A DNA stretch of 64,000 nucleotides from the NCBI GenBank assembly GCA_951406725.2, contig OX597819.1, positions 100,750,001 through 100,814,000 on the forward strand, given 5' to 3'. A program made the position numbers and the translations under genes. Below the pieces are notes generated by a model that saw nothing but the letters and a program-made list of their open reading frames with translations, had not been told where the DNA came from and searched no databases. This DNA is from Octopus vulgaris. Its lineage: Eukaryota. Below are positions 15,547 through 29,237 of this stretch, one piece after another. Positions within the stretch are counted from its first letter, which is position 1; every line of letters begins with the position of its first letter.

Positions 15547-15612
<66 letters not shown>

Positions 15613-15623
15613 GATAATAATAA

Positions 15624-15815
15624 TCCTTTCTACTAAGAGCACAAAAACTAAAATTTTCAGGGAGGGGCTAGTCGATTACATCAATCCAGTGTTACCCTGT
15701 TATTTACTTTAGCGATCCTGAAAGGATGAAAGGCAAAGTTGAAGTCGGCGGAATTTGAACGCAGAACATCGCGACAGGCGAAATACCGCTAACAGTTCTG
15801 CCAGCTCGCTGCCTT
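15624..15815 (-). mobile_element. SINE family A
   Basis: gaaaggatgaaaggcaaagttgaagtcggcggaatttgaac...ttctgccagctcgctgcc. Confidence 0.8.
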
Positions 15816-15975
15816 AAAGTAATGATAACAACAGTAATAATGGGTAATACATACAAACGTACATACATACATACATACATACATACATACATACATACAA
15901 ACATACATATATACAAACATACATACATACATACATACATACATACATACATACATACATACATACATACATACA

Positions 15976-16009
<34 letters not shown>

Positions 16010-16145
16010 CATACATACATACATACATACAAACATACATACAAACATACAAATATACATAAGTACATACATACATACCTATATAAATGAAATATTTTTC
16101 TTTAGACAGTTTAGAGATGTTTGTATATATAAATATATATGTGTG

Positions 16146-16229
<84 letters not shown>

Positions 16230-16295
16230 GTAAATATATATATAAATGTTTATCTGCATGTATATGTATGTATATGTGTATGTATATATATATAT

Positions 16296-16332
<37 letters not shown>

Positions 16333-16343
16333 CCGTCACGGTG

Positions 16344-16396
<53 letters not shown>

Positions 16397-16831
16397 TACA
16401 TGAGTGTGTGTGTAATTGTGTGTGTGTACGTATGTATGTGAGAGAAGCATACCAGCAATTTTAATACAAAATGATGCCTACTGAGATTTCTCTTTTTTCT
16501 TTACAAATGAGATTTTGACAGTGAAAATAAAGAAACATTTAATACCATATTCCAAACGATGTTGCTTTAGAAGAAATAATTTGAAGATCTCCCACGTCGG
16601 CTGCATTGTAAAGATTCTGGGTTATTTTTCCTGTTTTTTTTTTTGTACTTAATTTTTGAGAGCGGTCGAGTTCATTGTCAGTATTCTCGTTTGTGAGAGC
16701 AGGGTTTATTTCAGATATTCTCATTTTGAAAAACACCTCTGGCTAATCGTTGAGAGAACGTTGGTGTTGTCTTGCCGAAGGCTCGCGCACTCTGAGTGCT
16801 CTGTCTTTTAATTTGCCTTGTTTTAATTTGA

Positions 16832-16869
<38 letters not shown>

Positions 16870-16870
<1 letters not shown>

Positions 16871-18458
16871 ATTTTTCCAGTTTCAGCTAATGAGCTGTGG
16901 CCATACTGGGGCACCGCCATTTGGTTTGCTACACGATTTTACCTCACGGATGCTTTTTAGCAAACGCCATCTGATGTATGAGAGAGTTCGATGCAGCTGC
17001 CCTCATCTGCACCTCCTGCCGTGAAGTTGGTTCATCCGGGACACCTGACAGGAAGCGATCCAGTCCCACTTTAAAGACATCCGCATCTACACCATGCAGG
17101 TCCCTCAGGTTCTTCGGGAGGATATTGAAGAGCTGTGGGCCTCTGAAGCCCAGGCTATCACAATATCTTGTCCTACACCTTGATGGCAAATTTGGAGTCC
17201 TTGGTACTACGCAGTGGCGCCCGGTTCTGGCATTTGTGTGACTCTCGATGCCAAAGTTTGGGACAAGTCCTTCCAGGATTTTCCAGATATATATTATGGC
17301 ATATCTTTCTCGCCTACGCTCCAGGGAATAGAGCTTTAATCTCTTGAGTCTTTCCCAGTAGCTCATATGCTGCACAGAGGCTATCTTCTTCGTGTAGCTT
17401 CGTTGGATCGCCTCAAGTTCTGTGATCAACTTGACACTGGATGGTGACCATAGCTGAGAGCAATAGTCAAAGTGGCTTAGGACAAGTGTCTTCCAGAGGA
17501 ACATCGTGGTTTCTTGTTCTCTTGTTCTAAAGGTTCTAAGAATCCAGCCAGCCAGCCGTCTACATTTCATTGCCAGTTTAGCAACATGTACATGAAAGGT
17601 TGCGTCATCACTCATGTGAATACCCAGGTCACGCACTGATTGTGCCTCTGGGATTGCAATCCCTCCAGGTCCAGTGTATTCATTGGGTATTGCATTCAGT
17701 TTTGCATGCTGATAGTATAAAGCTTGAAACTTTTCAGCATTGAACTGCATGCTATTCTTTTCAGCCCACTTGTATATTTCGTCCAGCTCACATTGCAGGT
17801 GCTTAGTGTCCTCAGGGTTCTGTATTGCCTGTGAAACTTTTGTATCATCTGCATAACTTGTGATCGTGGCTCTCTGCGTGGCTGAGGGCATGTCTGAGAG
17901 GGCCATTATGAACAGTAGTGGTCCCAAAACAATGCCCTGCGGAACACCGCTCATTATTTGCGTGTTAATGGAAGTGGGCCCATTGGCTGCTACCACCTGA
18001 CTTCTATTCTTCAGAAAGTCATGAAGCCATTCTCCCAATTTTCCAACTATGCCAAGATCACGCAGTTTGTGACATATCATTCCATGATCGACTTTATCAA
18101 AGGCCTTTGCAAAGTCGAGATATATGACTTCCACATTTGAGTGGTTGAGCAGTTGTTTCAGCACCCAGTCATAGTGTTGTAGGAGCTGAGTTAAGCAGCT
18201 TCTTCCTGGTCGGAAACCATGTTGGGTGTCAGGCAGCAAGTCATTTTCTTCAAGGAAGGTGATTAGTTTCCTTCTGACTATTCGTTCCATGACCTTGCTG
18301 ATGTGTGAGGTGAGAGAGATAGGTCTGTAGTTCTTGGCCTCCGCTCTGCTACCTCCTTTATGAATAGGGCATATTTTACCTTCCTTCAGTTTTCTTGGAA
18401 GTTTGCCAGCTGCAAGGAAGCTCTAAAAGAGGAACTGCAGTGGTCTTGCTAGGACTCT
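16870..18458 (-). mobile_element. 5'-truncated CR1/L2-group LINE inserted in (TA)n
   Basis: RT ORF plus a short 3' UTR. The frame continues upstream as KICPIHKGG...KNYRPISLTSHISKV with one TAG at 18423-18425. (TA)n on both flanks. Confidence 0.9.
16944..18290 (-). CDS. Non-LTR retrotransposon ORF2 reverse transcriptase and C-terminal part (partial, 448 aa open)
   Basis: QHGFRPGRSCLTQL, YLDFAKAFDKVDH, SGVPQGIVLGPLLF, SYADDTK, RDLGI, YWERLKRLKLYSLERRR. Confidence 0.88.
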   Translation of the reverse strand: MERIVRRKLITFLEENDLLPDTQHGFRPGRSCLTQLLQHYDWVLKQLLNHSNVEVIYLDFAKAFDKVDHGMICHKLRDLGIVGKLGEWLHDFLKNRSQVVAANGPTSINTQIMSGVPQGIVLGPLLFIMALSDMPSATQRATITSYADDTKVSQAIQNPEDTKHLQCELDEIYKWAEKNSMQFNAEKFQALYYQHAKLNAIPNEYTGPGGIAIPEAQSVRDLGIHMSDDATFHVHVAKLAMKCRRLAGWILRTFRTREQETTMFLWKTLVLSHFDYCSQLWSPSSVKLITELEAIQRSYTKKIASVQHMSYWERLKRLKLYSLERRRERYAIIYIWKILEGLVPNFGIESHTNARTGRHCVVPRTPNLPSRCRTRYCDSLGFRGPQLFNILPKNLRDLHGVDADVFKVGLDRFLSGVPDEPTSRQEVQMRAAASNSLIHQMAFAKKHP

Positions 18459-18474
18459 TATATATATATATACT

Positions 18475-18525
<51 letters not shown>

Positions 18526-18564
18526 ACTGCTTCCTCTAATTTTTACTAATCGAATATATACATG

Positions 18565-18644
<80 letters not shown>

Positions 18645-19376
18645 ATGCACACATATATATATTTAAATATGTATATGTGTGCCTGTGTGTACGGAACTAT
18701 ATACATGTGTGTGTGTTTGTGTGTGCGTAAATGTTTATCTTTAACCACAAACTCACATATACGTTTCAGTTGATTCACCAAGAGATGAATTACGATAATC
18801 AAAAGATAAATTCCTTACTACTTAGTAATTAAGAGTCTAATAAATATGAGACATGCCAGGTGATGTTGGGCTCAGCAGAATTTGAACTCAGAACAATATG
18901 CACCGGAAGAAACGCCGCAAAACAAATTTTCGATGCTGTACTGATTCTGTTAACCTAGTTCATTTATATTTTATTACTATCTATTTATTTTGCATTTGAT
19001 TTTCTATTACCTGTTTCTCCATATTGTTCAATGAGTTTCGCGTCTGTTGCTTGGAAACACTGTCAAACATTATTTGTTTGGAAAAATGTCACTCCCTTCT
19101 TCTTTCGTTACCATCTCTCTAACTATATACAAAGTGTAGGGAGAATCGATGACGACGTACACGGGTGAATTAATATAAAAAAGGAAAGGGGTAATGAGAG
19201 AAAGCGAGGGGTCGTGGCAACGGATAGAGAGAGAACTGAGAGACGATTATTGTGAGTGTAAGGAATATATGTAGAATGATGAGAGATGGAGGTACAGAAG
19301 CTGGAAAGAATGAACAGAGGGCAAAAGGAATTTAGGATCAGGTATTGCAAAGAAGGTTACAGCGGGAAATATATAC

Positions 19377-19595
19377 ATTTCTTTACTACCCACAAGGGGC
19401 TAAACGTAGAGAGGACAAACAAGGGGATTAAGTCGATTATATCGACCCCAGTGCGAAACTGGTACTTTATTTATCGACCTCGAAAGGATGAAAGGCAAAG
19501 TCGACCTCGGCGGAATTTGAATTCAGAACCTAACGACAGACGAAATAACGCTAAGCATTTAGCCCGGCGCACTAACGTTTCTGCCAGCTCGCCGA
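19377..19595 (-). mobile_element. SINE family A
   Basis: Near-complete reverse complement of the 35200 copy. Confidence 0.85.
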
Positions 19596-20100
19596 TACGC
19601 AGTATGAAATATGAGTGGAGGTGTGAATTATTGTGATGATGAATAAGTGAATGAATAAATGAATAAGTACATAAGTGGGTGTGGCAAACGGATTGGGTTG
19701 ATGGGAGATGGAGAGAGGGATTATACAGGTGACAGAGAGTTAAAACAGATAGAGTAAGGAAAGACGTGAATTATATGGTAGCGTTGACCAAAGCAATTTT
19801 AAGAGTGAAGGTAGCGGTAAAAACAGAAAAAAATATGAAGGAACCTAAGAGTCTTTTTACTATAGACGCAAGGCTGGAAATTTGGTGGAACCCGTTGCTG
19901 AACTGATGAAAGTCAAAATGATTCTCAGTAGAATTTGAACACAGAATGTAAAGAGCGGAAGAATTTCTGCGAAGAATTTATTTGGTTTGCTAACGATTCT
20001 GCTAGCGTGCTGCCTTTAGAAACCTACTAATGATCAGCGAAAAATATGTGTCAGTAGCAAAGGAGATTTAGGGATTATTTATATGTAAATGTGAGTAAGG

Positions 20101-20141
<41 letters not shown>

Positions 20142-20357
20142 ATGAGTGTGAAAAATCGGTAGGTGAAATGTATTTAGATAGTGTGGTGAAGGATGTATAT
20201 TGGACAGACAAAGGGTGAGAGAGAGGAGGGGAGTGAGAAAGGGGAAGAGAGAGGGGAAAGAAGGAAAGTAAAAGAGAGGGTAAAGGTTAGGAAATAACGA
20301 AAGGAAGATGGAAGAAATGGCGGTAAAAAGAAACTGAGAGTAGAGAGATAAAAAGAG

Positions 20358-20421
<64 letters not shown>

Positions 20422-20597
20422 CAGGAGTAAAAAAAGAAATAAATAAAGAAAGAAAGAAAGAAAGAAAGAAAGACAGAAAGAAAGACAGGAAGGAATAAAT
20501 GAAGAAAGAAAGAAAGACAGAAAGAAAGACCTAAAACAGAACAATAAGCAATATAATGGACTTCAATAAAATTTTAAGAAAGAGGGTTTATATCACT

Positions 20598-20745
20598 CTT
20601 TTCTACTCAAAGCACAAGGCCCGAAATTTTAGGGGAGGGGCCAGACGATTAGATCGATCTCAGTACACAAATGATACTTAATTTATCGACACCGAAAGGA
20701 TGGAAGACGAAGTCGACCTCGGCGGAATTTGAACTAAGAACGAAA
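20598..20745 (-). mobile_element. SINE family A (partial)
   Basis: ttttctactc...aaggcccgaaattt...gtcgacctcggcggaatttgaact. Confidence 0.75.
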
Positions 20746-21112
20746 AAAACAAAGGAAGTGTATTTATATTATTGAAAGAAAAGTAAATGCAGGAAAAAGA
20801 ATATGTTGGTGTGTTTGGGGGATTTTTAGAATCAGAAAAGAGAATTAAGAAGGAGTATAAATCAAAAGAAGGAGAATGCGGCAAAGGAGAAATGAGAATA
20901 GAGAAAAAGCAATAGATTGGCCTAGAGGATAGAATTTTGAGAATTAGACGAAGATTAGTTGTGAATAAGAATGATGGTGGAAAGTTAAGGAGCATTAAGT
21001 TAGGTGAGTTAACCTCAGAGCAAAGTAAATATATAGCACTGAAATATGGGTTCGAGCACAAAAATTGGGCGTTTACAATAATATGTCATGTAGAGTGAGA
21101 TATAGAATTTAC

Positions 21113-21194
<82 letters not shown>

Positions 21195-21202
21195 GTCTAT
21201 CT

Positions 21203-21430
21203 TATTTCTTTACTGCCCACAAAGAGCTACACACAGAGCGTACAAACAAGGACAGACAAACGGATTACGTCGATTATATCGACCCCAGTGCGTAACTGGT
21301 ACTTATTTAATCGACCCCGAAAGGATGAAAGGCAAAGTCAACCTCGGCGGAATTTGAACTCAGAACGTAGCGGCAGACAAAATACTAAGTATTTCGCCCG
21401 GTATGCTAACGATTCTGCCAGCTCGCTGCC
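21203..21430 (-). mobile_element. SINE family A within (CTAT)n
   Basis: Full body match to the 35200 copy. Confidence 0.85.
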
Positions 21431-21507
21431 TGTCTATCTAACTATCTGTCTGTCTGTCTGTCTGTTTGTTTGTCTACCTATTTATCTATCATCTATCTAT
21501 ACATATG

Positions 21508-21566
<59 letters not shown>

Positions 21567-21596
21567 CACGCTCTCTCACTCTCTGCATATATATAT

Positions 21597-21640
<44 letters not shown>

Positions 21641-21669
21641 TCCATGACTCGCTACATATATATATTCTG

Positions 21670-22500
21670 TTATTCTTTTGTTCTTTTACGTATTTCAGTC
21701 AGTTGACTGCGGCTATGCTGGAGCGCCGCCTTGAAGGGTTTTAGTCGAACAAATCGACCCCAGAAATTATCTCTATATATAAACTACAAAATGTCTGTGT
21801 GCGTGTTCTTTATACAAATCCACAATTTTTCAATTAGAGGACTCGCACTTTCTATGGTCATTCAAAACCGTCCAAAGGTGGTCGTGCACATCTTTACATT
21901 TCCCCAGTTAGCCCGCAAAGCCATTAAAAAAATCAATAGAAGTGACTTTTTTGTGAATTTTCTATCCCAAACCCAATCAAAATGCCTGAAACTTGAAACG
22001 CCAATTGAATGCCAGCTAGCTGTATGTGATTGGTCGGGGATTTGGACACTACTCGCGTGTATGTGCGCACGCACGCAGCTGTATATGCATGCACTAGCAC
22101 TGCATATACGCAGGTGTATATGCATGCACTAGCAACGCCGGGACATAGTGCTAGATTCTTTTTAAAGCGCAGTACTTATTCAGACTATTGAACTCTTTTG
22201 CCGAATCTCTAATTACGGGGACGTAAACACACTGACACCGGTTATCAAGAGATATGGAATAGACAAACACAGTGACAAACCAACAAACATACACATCCAT
22301 ATTCAACAGACTCGCGCGCGCACACGCAACCACACACACACACATATATGACTTCTTTCAATTTTCGTCTACCAAATCCGCTCACACGTCTTTGGTCTTA
22401 TCGAGGCTAAAGTAGAAGACACTTGCCCAAGGTGCCACGCAGAAAGACTGAACTCGGAACCATGTAGTTGGGAAGCAAGTTTCTTACCACTCAGCCCCTC
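21670..22500 (-). mobile_element. SINE family B interrupted by a Helitron
   Basis: Tail at 21670-21769 and body/head at 22155-22500 are collinear with the reverse complement of 22724-23110. Confidence 0.75.
21770..22154 (+). mobile_element. Non-autonomous Helitron
   Basis: 5' A^TCTCTATATATAAA and 3' gcaacgccgggacatagtgCTAG. Same terminal style as 42548-43060. Splits a SINE without a TSD. Confidence 0.8.
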
Positions 22501-22723
22501 TGCATTTTGATATATTATGTTAATCAGTGTTGCCTTGTGTAGTTCACGTTCTTGTAACTTAGATGTTTAGCAAAAGAAATTGACAGAAAATGTACAAAAC
22601 TTTAGAAAATGAGTACCGAAGTCTGTCGGCTTGTCTAAGCAATTCATGGTGGCTCCCCAACGTGACCGCATTCCAATGACCGAAAGAAATACAGGATAAA
22701 AGATGAAATATATATTCATTTAT

Positions 22724-23110
22724 AGGCGTAGGTGTGGCTGTGTGGTAAGTAGCTCATTTACAAACTACATGGTTCCGGGTTCAGTCTCACTGCGTGGCAC
22801 CTTGGGTAAGTGTCTTCTCCTATAGCCTCGGGTCGACTAAATCCTTGTGAGTTGATCTGGTAGACGGAAACTGAAAGAAGCCCGTCGTATATATGTATAT
22901 ATATGTTTGTGTGTGTTTCTCCCACCCCCCTCCCCCCAAAAAAACATCGCTTGACAACCGATGCTGGTGTGTTTACGTTACCGTAACTTAGCGTTTCGGC
23001 AAAAGACCGATAAAATAAGTACTAAGCTTACAAAGAATAAGTCGATTTGTTCGACTTAAGGCGGTGCTCGATCATGGCCACAGTCAAATGACTGAAACAA
23101 GTAAAGAGTA
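22724..23110 (+). mobile_element. tRNA-derived CORE-like SINE family B, full length
   Basis: A box gtggctgtgtgg, B box ggttcagtc, CORE-like ggcaccttgggtaagtgtctt, and LINE-like tail ggcggtgc...catggccacagtcaaatgactgaaac. Confidence 0.85.
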
Positions 23111-23177
23111 TTTACGTTTTACTTTATTGGATACTAGTCATGCTGAGAGATAGCCTTGAGTATATACATGTATGTAG

Positions 23178-23410
23178 AGGCGTGTGGCTTAGTGGTAAGG
23201 GTACTGGACTCATGATCCTAAGATCGTGGTTTCGTTTCCTGGAGTGGGCGACGCGTTGTGTTTTTGAGCAAGACATTTCATTTCACGTTGTTCCAGTCCA
23301 CTCAGCTGGCAAAAATGCGTAATCCTGCGACGAATCGGCGTCCCGTTCAGGTGGGGTATATATACGCCATTGCAACCTGGAAACCGGCCCTCATAAGCCT
23401 GACATGGCTC
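23178..23410 (+). mobile_element. tRNA-derived SINE with V-like cctgcgacgaatcggcgtcccgttcagg domain
   Basis: A box tggcttagtgg, B box gtttcgtttcc. The 3' part is similar to 54525-54600. Confidence 0.7.
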
Positions 23411-23597
23411 GAGAAGGAAACATATGCCTATAGACGATGTGCTTCTTTATTGATTTCGACAACCAAATTCATTCATAATATATTGGTCTGTCCGGTTCTA
23501 CAATAGGGGACACTTGCAAAGTGTTCCAGGAAGTGGGATTCAACATGCTAAATTGTTGAGGTGAAGTAATTTACTTAATTACACATAAACATCTCTC

Positions 23598-23637
<40 letters not shown>

Positions 23638-23978
23638 GGAGAGAGAAGACAGACAGAGAGAGCAAGAGAGAGAGAGAGGGGACAGAGAGAGCGAGAGAGA
23701 GATGTGACAGAGAGAGAAAGTGACAGAGAGAGAGAGAGAGGGGGCGCGTTAGAATTAAAATAGATTTTTTTTATCGATTTGTTCGACTAAAGCCTCCAAG
23801 GTGGTACTCCAGCATGGCCAAATACAAATGTGTGAAAGAAGTAAAAGATAAAAGATATATGTATGTAGTATGCATATATGCATCCATGCATGTATCAATG
23901 TGTATGTATATAGAGAGAAAGTCAGATAAACATATAGATACATAGCTAGCTATCTTAGATAGAAATCTAGATTGACAA

Positions 23979-24067
<89 letters not shown>

Positions 24068-24965
24068 TTGTCAGAGGGAGTAGGAAGGTGTAGAAGATTC
24101 TCGGGAATTGAGAATGAATGAAATAAAGATGGAACGTGATGAACAATCATACAGATAGACAAATTGATGCAGAAATCAAGATATATGAGAAAGGGGGAGG
24201 GATATGTGAGCACTGTAAAGATGGGAGGAAAGTGATATTAGAAAGGAAAGAAAGAGGACATAAATAGAAAGAGTGTTAGAATGATTAAGAGGAGAATAGA
24301 GGGGGTGTTTCATAGAGAGTGAGAGGCAGAGGGAAATAAATGGTTGAGACTGGTTTCAGCCAGCCACTCGCTGTCTGACGTTTCTATGTGCGGCCATATT
24401 GTGTAATTGTCGAATTGGCGATAGATGCACGGCCAACAAATCCAGCCGACCAATGAGAGGTCAGAGATTGTGCGAGAGACTGAGAGGGACGGAGACCAGT
24501 CAATACACGTCCTGAATGGATCTAGATGGCACAACCAGCCGAAAGATTGTCAGGAACCGTAATGCTGTAATGAATACGTGCTATTTTATTTCATTTTACG
24601 TATATCTCATTGTCTCTTTCTTTTCTTTTCTTTTTTTTTTTTTGTTCTTCTTTGCCTATTTTATTTATTTGATAACACTTAATCAATCATTATTCCGAAA
24701 CATTCATGACCATTTGTTAATCAGATATCGTTGTAGCTATTCTTCGTCATCAGCCTCCTCTTCTATTTCTAGCTGATCACAGTGCCGTCTGCTTTATGCA
24801 GTCCTTCCTTGTACAATCGTATGATTTATCACCTCCCGAAAAAGACTTTACAACAGATGACCTGCCTCTGCCAACGATTCCAACACCCAAATAAATCATC
24901 ATATAATTTTTACTGGAAATGGAATGTTGACATTCAATGCCGGTCGACATTTCCTAGTAGTAGTG

Positions 24966-25029
<64 letters not shown>

Positions 25030-26140
25030 TAGTAGTGATGTTGGTGGCGGTGTTGGAGGAGGCGGCGACGGCGATGGCGGTGGTGGTGGCGGCAGTGGTG
25101 GTGGTAGTTGTAGAGAATGGTATGTCTTCTGCTTCTTCAACGCCTGTCGGTTCTCTGCCATTTACGATTAAATGGACCAGTATATACATGCATGCACACG
25201 TATGCGATTCACATTCAAAAACGCACTACTACACATACATAAACATATGAAGGATCGCACACACACACGGACACACACACGAGCACATACATATATATTT
25301 GTGTGTGAATACATACACATGCGCGGGCATACACACTCATATATAAGAGAATGAATGATGAAGAGAGTATCATGTTATGATAGCGGAAATTTGTGCCAAA
25401 GAATTTGACAAGGTAAAATATAAGGAAATACATGAACATGCTTCACAATGAACTCTATAAATGTGTGTATATGTATGTGTGTAAGTATGTGCGTGAGTAA
25501 GTGTGTGTGTACGTTTGTGTTTGTGTGTGTAAGTGTGCTTGAGCGTCTGTTTGCTCCTGTATATGAACCTTCGCCTATATGTATGTGTGAATGAGTGTTA
25601 AGTATATATGGCTGCGACTGATGTGGGTGTTTGCTTCGCGACAATGAATTCTTGAGATCGATGTCGCCATATGGAATCTCAAACAAATGCCATTTTTTAT
25701 AGTTCCTGGTTGACACATACCCAATGAGCGAAATTGGATAGATGAAATCTATATTTTTCAATAATACTTGACCCATTACGGACATCACTTTATTGAGACT
25801 GTAGTGTAGGAATTCAAGAGATTTGGTTACTATTTCTAGTAACGCAAGAGATCAGTGAACGCTTCCTGTTTGGCATGTATATTATTCTAGCTACATTCTA
25901 TGAGAACGTTTGTCATAGCGACCATTGCCAAGACAACACGTCTGTATAACCTGTTGATCTGTGCATAGTTTTCGTACCAAGAAAGGTGTTTATAGACATG
26001 TTAAAGCTATAATTAATAATTATTCCATGGTTTATCGTTGGTGTTATTACGAAATGATCGCGTAGAGAAAGCAGCACAGTGACTACATCATATGTATGTA
26101 ATATACATACTTGCATACGTACATATACACACACACACAC

Positions 26141-26187
<47 letters not shown>

Positions 26188-26469
26188 CATATAAATATAT
26201 ATATACATATTCACCAGTCTTGTTATCTTTCTCGCACTCTTATTCTCTGTCTTTGTATCTGTGTCTCTGTCTGTCTGTCTTTCTTTCTCTCTCTCTCTCT
26301 CTTTTTTTTTCCTTTCTGTGCATACACATAACATACAGTGCAGGTGGTATATATTCAGCTGCTTTTCTCCTTTGCCTTTGACCGCGAAGTTTGTCAATGC
26401 TGGTTGCAACAAAGTTTTCAATACCATTTTGACACAACGATGTTGTTAGCTATCTTTATTTCTATGACG

Positions 26470-29066
26470 TTACTCTAGAGCTTGTCTTTATATCTGAGCC
26501 ATGGTCAACCAACATTCCTGTGATCACTCTCAAGCTAGCTGTAGATGAGGACTTCGTGTAGTCTTTCGTCAATGTTTTGACGTCATGGTCACGCCAGCGG
26601 AATTGTGATACCATAAGGAAGCTCTTGTTTCCATCAATCTAACACTTTCTGAACAAGTCGACATTGGAGACTCTGTCTTTTAGCGAATAACCGCAGATTA
26701 TCCCCAGACAGTTTTTGTTGGTTAATGTGTCATCTATAGGGTATCCACGATTTTGAGCCATATAAGACAGTGGTAAGAATGGCAGCTTTATAGGCGTGTA
26801 ATTTGGTGTCAAATTTGATGTCCCTTTCATTCCATAGGCGAGGACTGAGTTTGCTAAATGTTTTGCTTGCCTTTGCAAGACGGTTAACGATTTCATCATC
26901 AAGGGAAGCGCTCGAATTCACTTTATTTCCATATGTAGATGACTTCACATAATTTAGGCCTAACACATCAACCGGTATAGGAGTGTGAGGAAAAATGGTG
27001 AACCGGTGTCCTCTTCTTGACACCAAATTTGTTTAGGAGTAGGGCAAGTATGTGAATTACTTCTGTCTTCTTTACACTGATGGTGAAACCAAAAGCTTTA
27101 CATGCTGCAGAGAACCGGTCCAGAAGTTCATGAGCTTCCTCTCTAAGGAGGTCGCTACAAGTGCAGCATCATTTGCAATATGTAGATCACGAATGATACT
27201 GATGCGTAGCAATGTTCTGGCTTTGAAATGCTGATGAGTGAATACTTCACCACTTGTTCGAAACTGGAATTCGACACCACTTTGTATGTCACCAAAAGCA
27301 GACCTCAGCATCACTGAAAAAAATAATGCAAACAAAACAGGTGCTATAACACAACCCTGCTTTGTGCCGCTTGTAACGTCGAAGGAAACCGAAGATTCCC
27401 CACCGAACACGGCAACTGCCTTCATTCCGTCATAAAAGGAGATGATAACATTCATAACCTTGTCAAGTATACCAAGCTTTTTCTAAACTTTTTATAGTGT
27501 TTGCCTGTTAACAGTGTCAAAGGTCTTAGTAAGGTCAAAGAATATCAAGAACAACTCTTGATCTTTCTCATGTACCTTCTCCATGATGTGTCGAAGTGAA
27601 AAGATCATGTCGATAGTGCACAACCTAGATTCTGGATAAATATCATTTACAAAGTGTTTGATGATCCTGTCAAGAATGAATTTAGCAAGAATCTTATCAG
27701 CAATAGACAGAAGCAATATTCCACGATGATTATCACAACATTTCTGTTTCCATTGTTCTTATAAAGATATTGAATTGAGGCACCCTTGAAATCCTGCGGT
27801 ATGCGGCCTACCGTCCAAATTTTGAGGAAAAGGTTATGCAGTTTCTTAAAAAGCTTTTTTCCACCATGCTTGTAGATCTCAGGAGGGACAGCATCCCTGC
27901 CATGCACTTTGCCAGAAGAGATACGTTTAATAGTGTTTACCAGGAAGGTTGGCTCCAGATAGTGTCCCGGTATTTCAGCGTGCCGTGGAATAGACACTAT
28001 GATGTCATCATTAATATAGGAGTAACACTATGTTCTTGAGGAAAATACACTTTCTTGAAGCTATCATATAGGCTTTAGAATCATTTCTGCCTGCAGCTTC
28101 TTGGAAGTAGGCTTGAAAAATCAACAAACCTCCTTCATCTGTCTGAGAGCATTTAAACCTGGCCTCTGCATTTCTTGTAGGCATTCTCTTTTCTGGATGT
28201 CCTCTTATCATTTATCCATGTTTTGTGAGAGTTGTGCATTTTATGTATCAAATGTTAGACGTCGGTGTTGTTATTGCTGAACCAATTTTGAGTTACGAAC
28301 AGTAACTTCAAGAACATCTAAAGATGCAGATTACGTTGCATGAGGCAGAACCTTCCAAGATGATTCTATGTCCTCATTGATATCAGTGGTGTTGAGTACC
28401 ATGTCCTAATTAATAGAGGGTTCAGCTTGCTTTTCAACAGTTTTCAAAAGTAGAAAATTAATGCCCTTAACCACTGATGACTTGTGAAATCTTGCGTGCT
28501 TCAGATCGAACGTAGCTTTATTACGGAAGTGTCAGAGAGATAACAGGTGTTATGAAAAGAACGTGTAATGTTAAAGTTACTGATATCTCGTCTCTTAGTC
28601 CATGACATGCAAATCATCCAGGTCGTCTTTCAGCAATTTCACTGTTGAAAAAAGGTATTTGTGATGCTTAGACTGAATTCCCTGCAGATGGAGAGCATAC
28701 GTAGGCTGCTGGAGATCCTTCAACAAACAACATGGGGACCAAGAACATCCTCCCATGCCTGATGATCAGTACCAACACGAGTGTTAAAGTCGCCCATAAG
28801 GATAAGTTTATCCCTATTGTAACAACTGGAGATGGCATCACGGAGTTGATTGTAAAATTCATCCTTTTCCTGCTCGGTAGGCGCCATGGATAGAGCATAA
28901 CCACTGACAAGTGTAGCACGAGTGTTGTGATCAAATTCCAACGTTAGTGTCATGATGCGATCAGAAATACCTTTGAGTAGAAGAAGAAGGGATCTAGCTA
29001 TTTCTGTTTTGATGGAAAGACCAGCCAGAGCGGCATGGCTCGTCTTCATTTCATCCACACCAGAAA
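26470..29066 (-). mobile_element. Degenerate RTE-clade LINE (APE endonuclease plus RT)
   Basis: SDRIMTL...ATLVSGYA...KDEFYNQL...LILMGDFNTRVG (APE); SGKVHGRDAVPPEIYKHGG; FFDLTKTFDTVNR; SGTKQGCVIAPVLFALFFS; LYGSKSW. Confidence 0.9.
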
Positions 29067-29075
29067 AATATATGC

Positions 29076-29129
<54 letters not shown>

Positions 29130-29237
29130 TTATCCGTAATAATGAAGGGTGAAATTAATTAATTTGGAATAATTATCAATTACACCAAGTAGTCTTCGGC
29201 ATGTAAAAGCCTCATTCGAGGAAAATTTAAGTAATAC

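Noticed and set aside
24782-25250. Ser/Gly-rich or Thr-rich ORFs as a host exon
   Set aside because: Driven by (AGT)n and (GGT/GGC)n repeats. No splice or domain support.
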